Shown: positions 19,975 through 27,852 of the stretch, piece after piece | Position numbering within the stretch: the stretch's first letter is position 1 | How the letters are laid out: each line of letters starts with the position of its first letter | IMG/VR virus record: IMGVR_UViG_3300020045_011785 | Location: 7,973 to 71,972 of that record | Strand: one strand, 5' to 3' | DNA: 64,000 nt | Origin: a virus | Taxonomy: Duplodnaviria; Caudoviricetes | Translations under genes and position numbers: made by a program | The notes under the pieces: model-generated | What the model was told of the DNA's origin: nothing | What the model saw: the letters and a program-made list of their open reading frames with translations, nothing else | The model's database searches: none

Positions 19975-19983
19975 GTATATTCA
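19952..19983 (+). promoter_or_regulatory. Bacteroidota-type promoter
   Basis: GTTG-N20-TATATTCA. Confidence 0.6.
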
Positions 19984-20002
19984 TGTCATAATGATAAAGG
20001 TT

Positions 20003-20236
20003 ATGATGACAATTGAAGAAATTTACCAAGCAGAACAAGAATTAGCTCGTTTTAATGCCCTTATGTCTTACAAAGAAGTTCTTACTCAAGAGGAGTATGA
20101 ATTTTGTAAAGCATGGGATGCCGAAGAAGCTAAAAATTTAGCTCATATTGCTTGGAATAATACTTACTTGAATTTAAATTTATATTCCGAAGTTGATAAA
20201 GAAGAATCTGATTTAAGAAAGGAACAAGGTATATGA
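20003..20236 (+). CDS. Hypothetical protein
   Basis: GTT-ATG at 20003 downstream of promoter 19952-19983; the track start at 19940 runs through the promoter. Confidence 0.6.
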   Translation: MMTIEEIYQAEQELARFNALMSYKEVLTQEEYEFCKAWDAEEAKNLAHIAWNNTYLNLNLYSEVDKEESDLRKEQGI

Positions 20237-20745
20237 GCATGATTCAAGATTGTTTAAAGTGGAAAGCCACTCATGATCCAACACCCCCAAAACCTAACAA
20301 AACTTACAACAAGTTTTTTTGGTGGAGGCGTTATCAAGAACATAAAACGTTGTCTAAGATGGCCTCTATTTGGGACAAAGCCAAAAACGGTGATTATGAT
20401 GTTACCCCGTATTACAAACAACGAGAGTACGAGTTTTGGTTTGAAGAACAGGAAATTGCCAAATACAAATCCAATTATACTGGTTCCTATGAAAATATTG
20501 ATTGGCAAGAACGTCAAATCACAAAATTATATTGGGAGCGTCGCAAACGTTTGCTGAATGATGCAGAACGTGATGAATTGAATCGTTGGACCACGTTTGT
20601 TAAAGATGTCAAAATAAATTTTGGTGGTACTGAAGAACAAATTAAAGAAATGTTTGAATCGTTTGAAGGTACTATACCTGAGTTTTTAGAGGCATATAAA
20701 GAGTCAAGAAACCTTCCAAAAATTCAACCTGTTCCTAAATTTTAA
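20233..20745 (+). CDS. Hypothetical protein
   Basis: 170 aa, ATGA-coupled to the upstream gene. Confidence 0.65.
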   Translation: MSMIQDCLKWKATHDPTPPKPNKTYNKFFWWRRYQEHKTLSKMASIWDKAKNGDYDVTPYYKQREYEFWFEEQEIAKYKSNYTGSYENIDWQERQITKLYWERRKRLLNDAERDELNRWTTFVKDVKINFGGTEEQIKEMFESFEGTIPEFLEAYKESRNLPKIQPVPKF

Positions 20746-20777
20746 TTTGGGAAATTCAATATTTATTATTATATTCC
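20746..20777 (+). promoter_or_regulatory. Bacteroidota-type promoter for dpdA-like/que operon
   Basis: TTTG-N20-TATATTCC. Confidence 0.65.
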
Positions 20778-20781
20778 GGTT

Positions 20782-21558
20782 ATGAAATTATCTCACGAAG
20801 TTCCTATTTGTTTATTGGAAGATAGTCTAGATTTTAATGATTATCAGTATTGTTTGCCTCACTTGTTAGATAAAGACGAGGATTACAAAAATTTCTTTTA
20901 TAGAGTTAAAAAAGACGGTGTTTATACTATTATGGATAACTCTTTACATGAATTAGGAGTAGCATATGGTGAAGATCGTTTATTATACTGGATTGATGAA
21001 CTAAGACCAAATGAATTCATAATTCCAGATGTTTGGCAAGATACAAATGCATCTATTGTTAATGCTAGAAAATGGGCTCAAATTAGTTTACCTAAAGGTG
21101 TTACTAAAGTAGCAGTAGTTCAAGCTCAAAACTTTTTAGATGCTATTCTTTGTTATCAAACATATAAAGATTTAGGTTATAAAAAGATTGCGTTTTCTTA
21201 TGGAGCTGAGTATTATTTAGATCATTCTAACCATCCAAATAAAAATCTTGCTAAAGCTTTAGGTAGAATCGAGGTAGTAGGTAGAATGTATAGTATAGGT
21301 ATAATTCAACCAAACGATAGAGTACATCTATTAGGATGCCAGGTACCACAAGAATTTAGTTGGTACAAAGATGCTGGTTTTATTGAAACAATTGATACTT
21401 CGAATCCTATTATGGCTACAATTGATGGTATTCAGTATGGTCGTAATGGTTTAACAGAAAAACCAAAAGCAAATATGAATGATCACTTTTACACAACAGA
21501 TATAGATTATAATTTGTTGGATTGGAATTTAAGAATGTTTAGAAAATTATTAAAATAA
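20782..21558 (+). CDS. dpdA: TGT-fold protein, putative DpdA-like deazaguanine transglycosylase
   Basis: Ordered TGT-like motifs MDNS, IPD, VVQ, HLLG, IDTS; heads the que cluster. Confidence 0.6.
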   Translation: MKLSHEVPICLLEDSLDFNDYQYCLPHLLDKDEDYKNFFYRVKKDGVYTIMDNSLHELGVAYGEDRLLYWIDELRPNEFIIPDVWQDTNASIVNARKWAQISLPKGVTKVAVVQAQNFLDAILCYQTYKDLGYKKIAFSYGAEYYLDHSNHPNKNLAKALGRIEVVGRMYSIGIIQPNDRVHLLGCQVPQEFSWYKDAGFIETIDTSNPIMATIDGIQYGRNGLTEKPKANMNDHFYTTDIDYNLLDWNLRMFRKLLK

Positions 21559-21572
21559 AAAAATATAAAGTT

Positions 21573-21857
21573 ATGGAAAAATTTATGTCATTGTACGACT
21601 ACCTAGGCAGAGCCGCAGGTAGGGAATTAGGAAATCAAGTATTTAGAGCAGCTAGTGCCTCTAGAATCCCAGTTCAAATTAAAGAAGTATCTAATCCTGT
21701 TTATAAGGGAAAGATTATGATGTATCCTGAAAATTGGTTGATTGGTTATTTTAGTACTGGTCAAAGTAATTTTGGAGATCAAGCAGAGAATTTAACAGAT
21801 AAAGTGTTAAAAGCTTTGGAAGCAATAAACTTTGATGATAATAAGATTTACGGATAA
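21573..21857 (+). CDS. Hypothetical protein
   Basis: 94 aa, GTT-ATG start. Confidence 0.6.
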   Translation: MEKFMSLYDYLGRAAGRELGNQVFRAASASRIPVQIKEVSNPVYKGKIMMYPENWLIGYFSTGQSNFGDQAENLTDKVLKALEAINFDDNKIYG

Positions 21858-21858
21858 T

Positions 21859-21996
21859 ATGAAACCAGTAGACATCAATCCAGCTTACGAGGCTGAAATT
21901 AAAAAGCAATTAGACGCTATTTGGGAAAATAGATTCCGTTTAAGCGTGAATAATGTAGAGCTTTTACGTAGATTAGCAAACAAAACAAAATTATAA
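21859..21996 (+). CDS. Small hypothetical protein (45 aa, not in track)
   Basis: MKPVDINPAYEAEIKKQLDAIWENRF...; fills the gap between neighbouring ORFs exactly. Confidence 0.5.
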   Translation: MKPVDINPAYEAEIKKQLDAIWENRFRLSVNNVELLRRLANKTKL

Positions 21997-21997
21997 T

Positions 21998-22357
21998 ATG
22001 GAACCACTTAAATATACAGGAACATCAAGCACAGCTACTGGTACCCCACTAGGTTTGATATGCACAGGAACAGGAGGAACACCTTATATTCCAACAACAT
22101 CAGGTACAGTATCTTTTAGCACACCAATCAATTTTACACAATCAACAACAAAACAAATTATGCAAAATAAAGTAGCAGTTTTCAAAGTCACAAGAGACGA
22201 ATTTGAAACAATCACAAAAACCGAGTTCATTAAAGAACTTTGGGTAGAAACTAAGAACGGACAATCAGTAGACTTTCAAGTAGCTAGAGATAAAGATTTA
22301 GCTGATTACGAAATGTCTGATTTATCTATTAGAACCATTTATTCAATATCATTCTAA
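21998..22357 (+). CDS. Hypothetical protein with Thr/Gly-rich N-terminus
   Basis: 119 aa, coupled to queC. Confidence 0.6.
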   Translation: MEPLKYTGTSSTATGTPLGLICTGTGGTPYIPTTSGTVSFSTPINFTQSTTKQIMQNKVAVFKVTRDEFETITKTEFIKELWVETKNGQSVDFQVARDKDLADYEMSDLSIRTIYSISF

Positions 22358-23238
22358 TGACAAAACAAGCAGTATTATCGTTAAGTGGTGGAATGGATAG
22401 TTCCACCCTACTGCTTCATCTACTTGCCAATGGCTATGAAGTAACATGTTTGTCTTTTGATTATGGACAAAAACACAATGTAGAATTACAACGTGCTAAA
22501 GAATTAGTAAAGTATTTGAATGCTCACTCTCGTTATGAGGATGAACAGTACTATGCTAAAATAAAGCATCAAACAATCACTCTAAAAGGACTTGACAAAT
22601 TACTTAATTCAGCACTTGTAAAGGGTGGTAATGATGTTCCTGAAGGACACTATGCTGAAGACAACATGAAGGCAACAGTTGTTCCTAATCGTAATAAAAT
22701 CTTTAGTTCAATCATACAAGCTGCCGCTTTATCAATTGCAGAACAAACAGGTAAAAATTGTGCTATTGCTATGGGAATCCATGCAGGTGATCACTCAATT
22801 TATCCAGATTGTAGACAAGAATTCAGAGATGCTGATTTTGAGGCCTTTAAATTAGGTAACTGGGGTTCTGAAAAAGTATACCTTTATACTCCTTATCTGT
22901 TAGGTGATAAATTTGATATTTTGAAAGATGGAGAAAGGTGTTGTACTTACCTTCATTTGAATTTTGATAAGGTGTATGCTAAAACAAATACATCTTACAA
23001 ACCAATTCAACACACAGTTTATTATAATGAAGGTGAAAATACAGTTGAATCAGAAGAATGGTTTAGTGATTACAAATCAGCCTCATCTGTTGAACGAGTA
23101 GAAGCATTTATTAAACTAGGTCGTAAAGATGCTGTTCAATACGCTGATGAATATGGTCCTGTAACTTGGGAATACGTAAAAGAGTACGTATCTTCCGTGT
23201 TAGAAAATTATGAGGACTCCAAAACGACCAACATCTAA
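22357..23238 (+). CDS. queC: QueC-like ATP-dependent enzyme (7-cyano-7-deazaguanine synthase family), Zn-site cysteines absent
   Basis: SGGMDSST, FDYGQKH, VPNRN, GIHAGDH..YPDCR. Confidence 0.88.
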   Translation: MTKQAVLSLSGGMDSSTLLLHLLANGYEVTCLSFDYGQKHNVELQRAKELVKYLNAHSRYEDEQYYAKIKHQTITLKGLDKLLNSALVKGGNDVPEGHYAEDNMKATVVPNRNKIFSSIIQAAALSIAEQTGKNCAIAMGIHAGDHSIYPDCRQEFRDADFEAFKLGNWGSEKVYLYTPYLLGDKFDILKDGERCCTYLHLNFDKVYAKTNTSYKPIQHTVYYNEGENTVESEEWFSDYKSASSVERVEAFIKLGRKDAVQYADEYGPVTWEYVKEYVSSVLENYEDSKTTNI

Positions 23239-23416
23239 CAAACCAATGTATGTTGTTATCAACAGGGAGGGGGAAGTATTTACAGGACTGATTGGAGGCT
23301 ACACCCAGTGGTCTTATGATTGGAAATCAGCTAAACCCCTCCAGGTTGAAAACACAACTCGACTCCTAGAAGAAAATATAGGAGCAGAATTAATTAAAGA
23401 AGAAGAAATTATATGA
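23210..23416 (+). CDS. Hypothetical protein
   Basis: 68 aa within operon. Confidence 0.5.
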   Translation: MRTPKRPTSNKPMYVVINREGEVFTGLIGGYTQWSYDWKSAKPLQVENTTRLLEENIGAELIKEEEII

Positions 23417-23568
23417 ACCACCCAGACCCAAAACTACATCAATCAGTCAGCTTTTTAAAATCAGCTGTTAGAATCTCCGGCTACGTTGCTCTATTCTGGA
23501 GTATTAGCCTTGGAGCAATCATCTTAATTATTAGTGAACTTATCGGAATTATAGAAGAATTAGTATGA
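23413..23568 (+). CDS. Small membrane protein (51 aa, not in track)
   Basis: ATGA-coupled at both ends; hydrophobic GYVALFWSISLGAIILIISELIGII. Confidence 0.6.
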   Translation: MNHPDPKLHQSVSFLKSAVRISGYVALFWSISLGAIILIISELIGIIEELV

Positions 23569-23810
23569 GACAAATATTTTATTTTACAGCCCCTTGGTGC
23601 CAACCATGTCAGACCTTAGGTCCTATTATGGATAAGGTATCAAACCAACTTCCAGTTGAAAAAATTAATATTGACTATGAAATGGATAGAGCTCGTGGTG
23701 CAAACGTTATGAGTGTTCCTACTGTAATACTCGTGGAAAACGGACAAGAGGTTCGTAGATTCACAGGTGTAAGATCATATGAACAAGTAATACAATTTAT
23801 CAATGGGTAA
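23565..23810 (+). CDS. Thioredoxin
   Basis: FTAPWCQPCQ, SVPT. Confidence 0.88.
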   Translation: MRQIFYFTAPWCQPCQTLGPIMDKVSNQLPVEKINIDYEMDRARGANVMSVPTVILVENGQEVRRFTGVRSYEQVIQFING

Positions 23811-24279
23811 GTATCAATCAACAAAACTATTCGACAACTATTCAGTTGCTATCAGACAGTGGAAAGCACAGCATTCACATTGTCAATTGTTACACGGCTA
23901 TGCTTTGAAATTCAAAGTATGGTTTGAATCAGTAGAACCACTAGAGGAAAACCAGTTAGATGAAATGAACTGGATTCAAGATTACGGTGGGTTTAAATCT
24001 AAACCAATTGGAAATGGTTTAAAAGATTGGATGGATTATATGTGGGACCATACTTTATTGATTGAAAAAGATGATCCATATTTGGACTTGTTTGAATCAA
24101 TGAATCCTACAGTATGCCATTTGAGAGTAATGGATAAAATTGGAGCAGAAAGTGCTGCTAAAATGGTTTATGATAAATTCAATGAGGAATTGTCTAAACA
24201 AGGTGGTGGTCGAGTTAAAGTAACCAAAGTAGAGTGTTGGGAAGCAAATAAAAATTCATCAATTTATACAGAAAATTAA
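23803..24279 (+). CDS. queD: 6-carboxytetrahydropterin synthase
   Basis: HCQLLHGY, WDH, AE, VECWE (T-fold). Confidence 0.85.
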   Translation: MGKYQSTKLFDNYSVAIRQWKAQHSHCQLLHGYALKFKVWFESVEPLEENQLDEMNWIQDYGGFKSKPIGNGLKDWMDYMWDHTLLIEKDDPYLDLFESMNPTVCHLRVMDKIGAESAAKMVYDKFNEELSKQGGGRVKVTKVECWEANKNSSIYTEN

Positions 24280-24280
24280 T

Positions 24281-25066
24281 ATGGAAGATAAAAAACCAGG
24301 TCGTATTCTCGACTATAACAAAAGATTACCTGTACTTGAAGTTTATACTTGTATTCAAAGTGAAGGTTCAAGACAAGGTCGCCCAACAGTAGCTATTAGA
24401 ACAACAGGTTGTACACACCGTTGTTGGTTTGGTGCTGGTGGATGGTGTGATTCTTGGTATACAAGTATCCACCCTGAAAAAGGTATTTACACATTTAATG
24501 ACATTATTAAGATTTATGATGAAAATCCTGAAATCACAGAAATGATGTTAACAGGAGGTTCACCAACTATGCAACCTGATTTGTGTAATGAGTTAACTCA
24601 CTTTGCTCATGAACGTGGTATATGTATAACCATTGAGACAGAAGGTAGCCACTTTATTGAAACTGATTATCCGTTTGGGTTGGTATCTTTATCTCCAAAG
24701 TTTAGCAATTCTATTCCTAAGCTTGACGTTACCACTCCAATGGGCAAGCTCGTGGATCAAAAAATGATCGACAAACACAATAGTTTACGTTTGAATCATG
24801 ATGCCATCAGTAAAACATTAGCTTACCATTCAGATTACCACTACAAACCAGTTTATGATGGTACTGAAGAAACAATGGCTGAAATTGAGGAATTTAGAGT
24901 AAAACATAATATTCCAAAGAATAAAACATGGTTGATGCCTGCTGGTGATACTAGAGAGGAATTGATTAAACAATATCCTATTTCACTAGAAAAAGCATTT
25001 GAAATGGGTTATAACTGGACTGGTAGAGACCACATTATTGCTTACGATACTAAGAGAGCTGTTTAA
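24281..25066 (+). CDS. queE: 7-carboxy-7-deazaguanine synthase (radical SAM)
   Basis: IQSEG, CTHRCWFGAGGWCDS, LTGGSP, IETEG, SPK. Confidence 0.88.
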   Translation: MEDKKPGRILDYNKRLPVLEVYTCIQSEGSRQGRPTVAIRTTGCTHRCWFGAGGWCDSWYTSIHPEKGIYTFNDIIKIYDENPEITEMMLTGGSPTMQPDLCNELTHFAHERGICITIETEGSHFIETDYPFGLVSLSPKFSNSIPKLDVTTPMGKLVDQKMIDKHNSLRLNHDAISKTLAYHSDYHYKPVYDGTEETMAEIEEFRVKHNIPKNKTWLMPAGDTREELIKQYPISLEKAFEMGYNWTGRDHIIAYDTKRAV

Positions 25067-25467
25067 TGGATTTATTATCTACACATCCTGTTAAAAAATC
25101 AGATTTAGGTTTCCACGGTAATCTATTCGGCGGCAAATTGCTTAGCTGGTTAGATGCCGCGGTTGCTGCCTATGCAATGGAAAAATGTAGAAGTCAAAAC
25201 ATGATTACTATTGCTATGGATCAGTGTGTGTTTAAAAAACCAGCTAAAGAAAAACAACTTGTTAAAATTTACGCTCAGTTAGTTAAAATAGGAAATACAT
25301 CAGCTACCTTTAATGTTGAGGCAAGAGCATATAACGTATTTAGAGGTGATGAAGCGATTCTGTTAGCTACAAGTATGACCTTTGTAAGAGTAGATGAAGA
25401 AGGAAGCCCAATCCCAATTTCAGAACAAGTTAAAAGAGTATTTAATACTCCACCCTCAAAATTATAA
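25066..25467 (+). CDS. Hotdog-fold acyl-CoA thioesterase (YciA-like)
   Basis: GNLFGGKLLSWLDAA, IGNTS, TFVRVD. Confidence 0.82.
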   Translation: MDLLSTHPVKKSDLGFHGNLFGGKLLSWLDAAVAAYAMEKCRSQNMITIAMDQCVFKKPAKEKQLVKIYAQLVKIGNTSATFNVEARAYNVFRGDEAILLATSMTFVRVDEEGSPIPISEQVKRVFNTPPSKL

Positions 25468-25479
25468 TATTTATAATAT

Positions 25480-25731
25480 ATGAAACCACAAATAACATTT
25501 TTTTATACTAACGAGTGTGGTAAGTGTGCTGATTTAAAACCTATTATTAATGAGTTTTCCCAACACTTAAACATTCAAATGGTAAATACATATGAAGATG
25601 ATTTGATTACTGAAGCTAATGGAGTACAATGGGTACCTACTTTGGTAATTGAAGATCAAAACGGTAAACACAAATTTGAAGGACCAAAAGAAATTAAAAA
25701 AGTTTTGTATGAAATTGTATCTCCATCATAA
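25480..25731 (+). CDS. Thioredoxin-like protein
   Basis: ECGKC (CxxC), WVPTL. Confidence 0.75.
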   Translation: MKPQITFFYTNECGKCADLKPIINEFSQHLNIQMVNTYEDDLITEANGVQWVPTLVIEDQNGKHKFEGPKEIKKVLYEIVSPS

Positions 25732-26224
25732 AGACATTGAAAATCGTATTCATGAGTTAGCTCATGAGGTAAACGATGCCCATTACTTAGACGATAACAA
25801 ATTTGTTATGGTAGGAATCCTTAATGGAGGGTTTATGGTGTTTACTGAGTTTGTAAAACACTTAACAATTCCTGTTGAATGTGATTTTGTTAGAGTAAAA
25901 TCATACACAGGTAAAAAACAGGGTAAAATTGAAATTACTAAGGACATTGAGTGTGATATTAAAAACAAACACGTTTTCCTAATTGATGATTTTGCTGATT
26001 CAGGAAAAACAATTCAACACCTGATTGCTGAATTAGATCTTAAAGGGGCTAAAACAATTTCAGTAGTTACTTTATTCAAACGTAAATCTCAACCAAGTTT
26101 AATTCTTCCAGTAGACGGAATCCACTACAATGGTTTTGATGTAGAAGAGGAATGGTTAGTAGGTTATGGATTAGATGATGAAAATGGCTATTACAGAAAC
26201 TTATCAAATGTTTATTCCATTTGA
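25709..26224 (+). CDS. hpt: Hypoxanthine-guanine phosphoribosyltransferase family, copy 1
   Basis: GILNGG, KSY, LIDDFADSGKT, WLVGYGLD; likely ATG at 25709. Confidence 0.85.
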   Translation: MKLYLHHKDIENRIHELAHEVNDAHYLDDNKFVMVGILNGGFMVFTEFVKHLTIPVECDFVRVKSYTGKKQGKIEITKDIECDIKNKHVFLIDDFADSGKTIQHLIAELDLKGAKTISVVTLFKRKSQPSLILPVDGIHYNGFDVEEEWLVGYGLDDENGYYRNLSNVYSI

Positions 26225-26256
26225 TTTGTTTATTTAAAAAATTATTATTATATTAC
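26225..26256 (+). promoter_or_regulatory. Bacteroidota-type promoter for folE
   Basis: TTTG-N20-TATATTAC. Confidence 0.6.
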
Positions 26257-26266
26257 AATATAAGTT

Positions 26267-26959
26267 ATGGAAAATAAAAAAACATTTACACTCGATCTAG
26301 AGTGTGTAAAACAAGGTTATGCTAACGGTGTAGCACCTAACTTCCCACTTACTGATGAACAAAAATGGGACATGGTAGAAAATGCAACCGAAGCATATGG
26401 TAAATTCCTAGATGCCCTAGGATGTGATTGGAGAAATGACCCTAATAGTTCAGATACTCCTCGTCGTGTAGCTAAAGCTTATGTATTTGATTTGTGGAAA
26501 GGCAGATATGAACCAATGAGTGATATTACCTCATTTCCAAGTGATGGTTATGATGGTATTGTTATTGAACGTAACATTCCACTTACTTCAATGTGTTCTC
26601 ATCACCACCAAACAATCGGAGGTGTAGTTCATATTGGTTACATTGTAGGTGAAAATGGTTCTGTAATTGGTTTGTCTAAATTGAATCGTATTGTTGAGCA
26701 TTTTGGACGTAGAGGTGCTATTCAAGAACAACTTACATCAGCAATTCACCAAGCAGTAGATAAAATCTGTGAAAATAACAAAGGTGTAATTGTAACTGTA
26801 GTTGCAACTCACAATTGTGTAAGCTGTAGAGGTATTAAACACCAAGGTGCCTCAATGGTTACTACAAAAGCATCAGGAGTGTTCTTGAACAACGAAAATC
26901 AAGCACGTAAAGAATTCTTCGACAGCTTGAAAATCAATAACGGAGGCCACCAGATCTAA
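26267..26959 (+). CDS. folE: GTP cyclohydrolase I
   Basis: DTPRRVAK, SMCSHH, GLSKLNR, IQEQL, HNCVSCRG. Confidence 0.95.
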   Translation: MENKKTFTLDLECVKQGYANGVAPNFPLTDEQKWDMVENATEAYGKFLDALGCDWRNDPNSSDTPRRVAKAYVFDLWKGRYEPMSDITSFPSDGYDGIVIERNIPLTSMCSHHHQTIGGVVHIGYIVGENGSVIGLSKLNRIVEHFGRRGAIQEQLTSAIHQAVDKICENNKGVIVTVVATHNCVSCRGIKHQGASMVTTKASGVFLNNENQARKEFFDSLKINNGGHQI

Positions 26960-26961
26960 TT

Positions 26962-27114
26962 ATGGAAAAAAGAACATACACCGTTACTGTTAAAGAACGA
27001 AACAGTATTTCAACCACAAAAACTCATGTTCAAGCCGAGAGTGAACAAGATGCAAGACGTATTGTAGAATCTCGTGGTGCTAAAGTAATTCAAATCCAAT
27101 ACGGAAAAATATAA
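26962..27114 (+). CDS. Small hypothetical protein (50 aa, not in track)
   Basis: MEKRTYTVTVKE...VQAESEQDARRIV; TAATG-coupled to next ORF. Confidence 0.5.
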   Translation: MEKRTYTVTVKERNSISTTKTHVQAESEQDARRIVESRGAKVIQIQYGKI

Positions 27115-27284
27115 TGAAGCTAGGTGGTATTGTTGAACTGTTGATTAAGATAATTACTTTTGGACAAGGCCACCGAATTGCTTTATTCATAGCCAAAAGA
27201 ATGGGTTATGATGATTGTGGATGTAAAGCAAGAAAAGACAAGTTAGACTTGTTTTGGGACAAAATATTAAATAAATTAAAGTAA
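27114..27284 (+). CDS. Small hypothetical protein with CGC motif (56 aa, not in track)
   Basis: MKLGGIVELLIKIITFG...GYDDCGCKARKDKLD; TAATG-coupled at both ends. Confidence 0.55.
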   Translation: MKLGGIVELLIKIITFGQGHRIALFIAKRMGYDDCGCKARKDKLDLFWDKILNKLK

Positions 27285-27790
27285 TGTTATTAAATTCAAA
27301 TCAAATCGCAAATCACGTTATTGAATCAGATTTCTCTAAACGTGCACAAATTGGCATTGACCTGTCAGTATGTAAAATTGAGCGTATTGATGTGGGTTCT
27401 GTTGTCTATACAGACAAAACTCATATTGATGCCGCAGGTTACCATGAGCTTCCAACTCAACTTATAGACGGTAGAGAATGTTGGAGACTAGAAAAAGGTG
27501 TATATTCTGTTACCTTTAACGAGGGAATTAAAGTACCAGCTGATGCTGCCGCTAAAATTACTCACCGCTCATCTTTGTATCGTACAGGAACTATTATCGA
27601 ATCACCTTGGTGGGATCCAGGATTCTATTGTGACCAAATGAACACAACAATGATTGTAACAAGTGTTATTGTTATTGAAAAAAATGCTCGTATTGGACAA
27701 ATTGCATTCTGGCAAGTAGGTGAGGTAGGAGAGCAGTATGGTGGTGAAGGAAGTCAATGGCAAGGTTTAAACACAGCCTATAAAAAATAA
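27284..27790 (+). CDS. Trimeric dUTPase / dCTP deaminase superfamily, copy 1
   Basis: GIDL, HRSSLYRTG, WDPGF, RIGQIAF; deaminase catalytic Glu not evident. Confidence 0.8.
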   Translation: MLLNSNQIANHVIESDFSKRAQIGIDLSVCKIERIDVGSVVYTDKTHIDAAGYHELPTQLIDGRECWRLEKGVYSVTFNEGIKVPADAAAKITHRSSLYRTGTIIESPWWDPGFYCDQMNTTMIVTSVIVIEKNARIGQIAFWQVGEVGEQYGGEGSQWQGLNTAYKK

Positions 27791-27811
27791 TTTTTTATTC
27801 ATTTTTAAATT

Positions 27812-27838
27812 AAGAGCTTGGGAAACCAGGCTCTTTTT
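27812..27838 (+). terminator. Terminator hairpin (GAAA loop) overlapping the polB promoter
   Basis: AAGAGCTTGG-GAAA-CCAGGCTCTT-TTT. Confidence 0.75.
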
Positions 27839-27848
27839 ATTATATTCA
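27817..27848 (+). promoter_or_regulatory. Bacteroidota-type promoter for polB
   Basis: CTTG-N20-TATATTCA. Confidence 0.65.
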
Positions 27849-27852
27849 CATC

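Larger units (their letters stand above)
19924..19983. repeat. Dispersed ~60-bp element, copy 1 (palindrome + hairpin + promoter)
   Basis: TTTAGAAT-C-ATTCTAAA then tgaaagaaagggttggctttgtc...gtatatt; homologous to 56465-56523. Confidence 0.75.
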
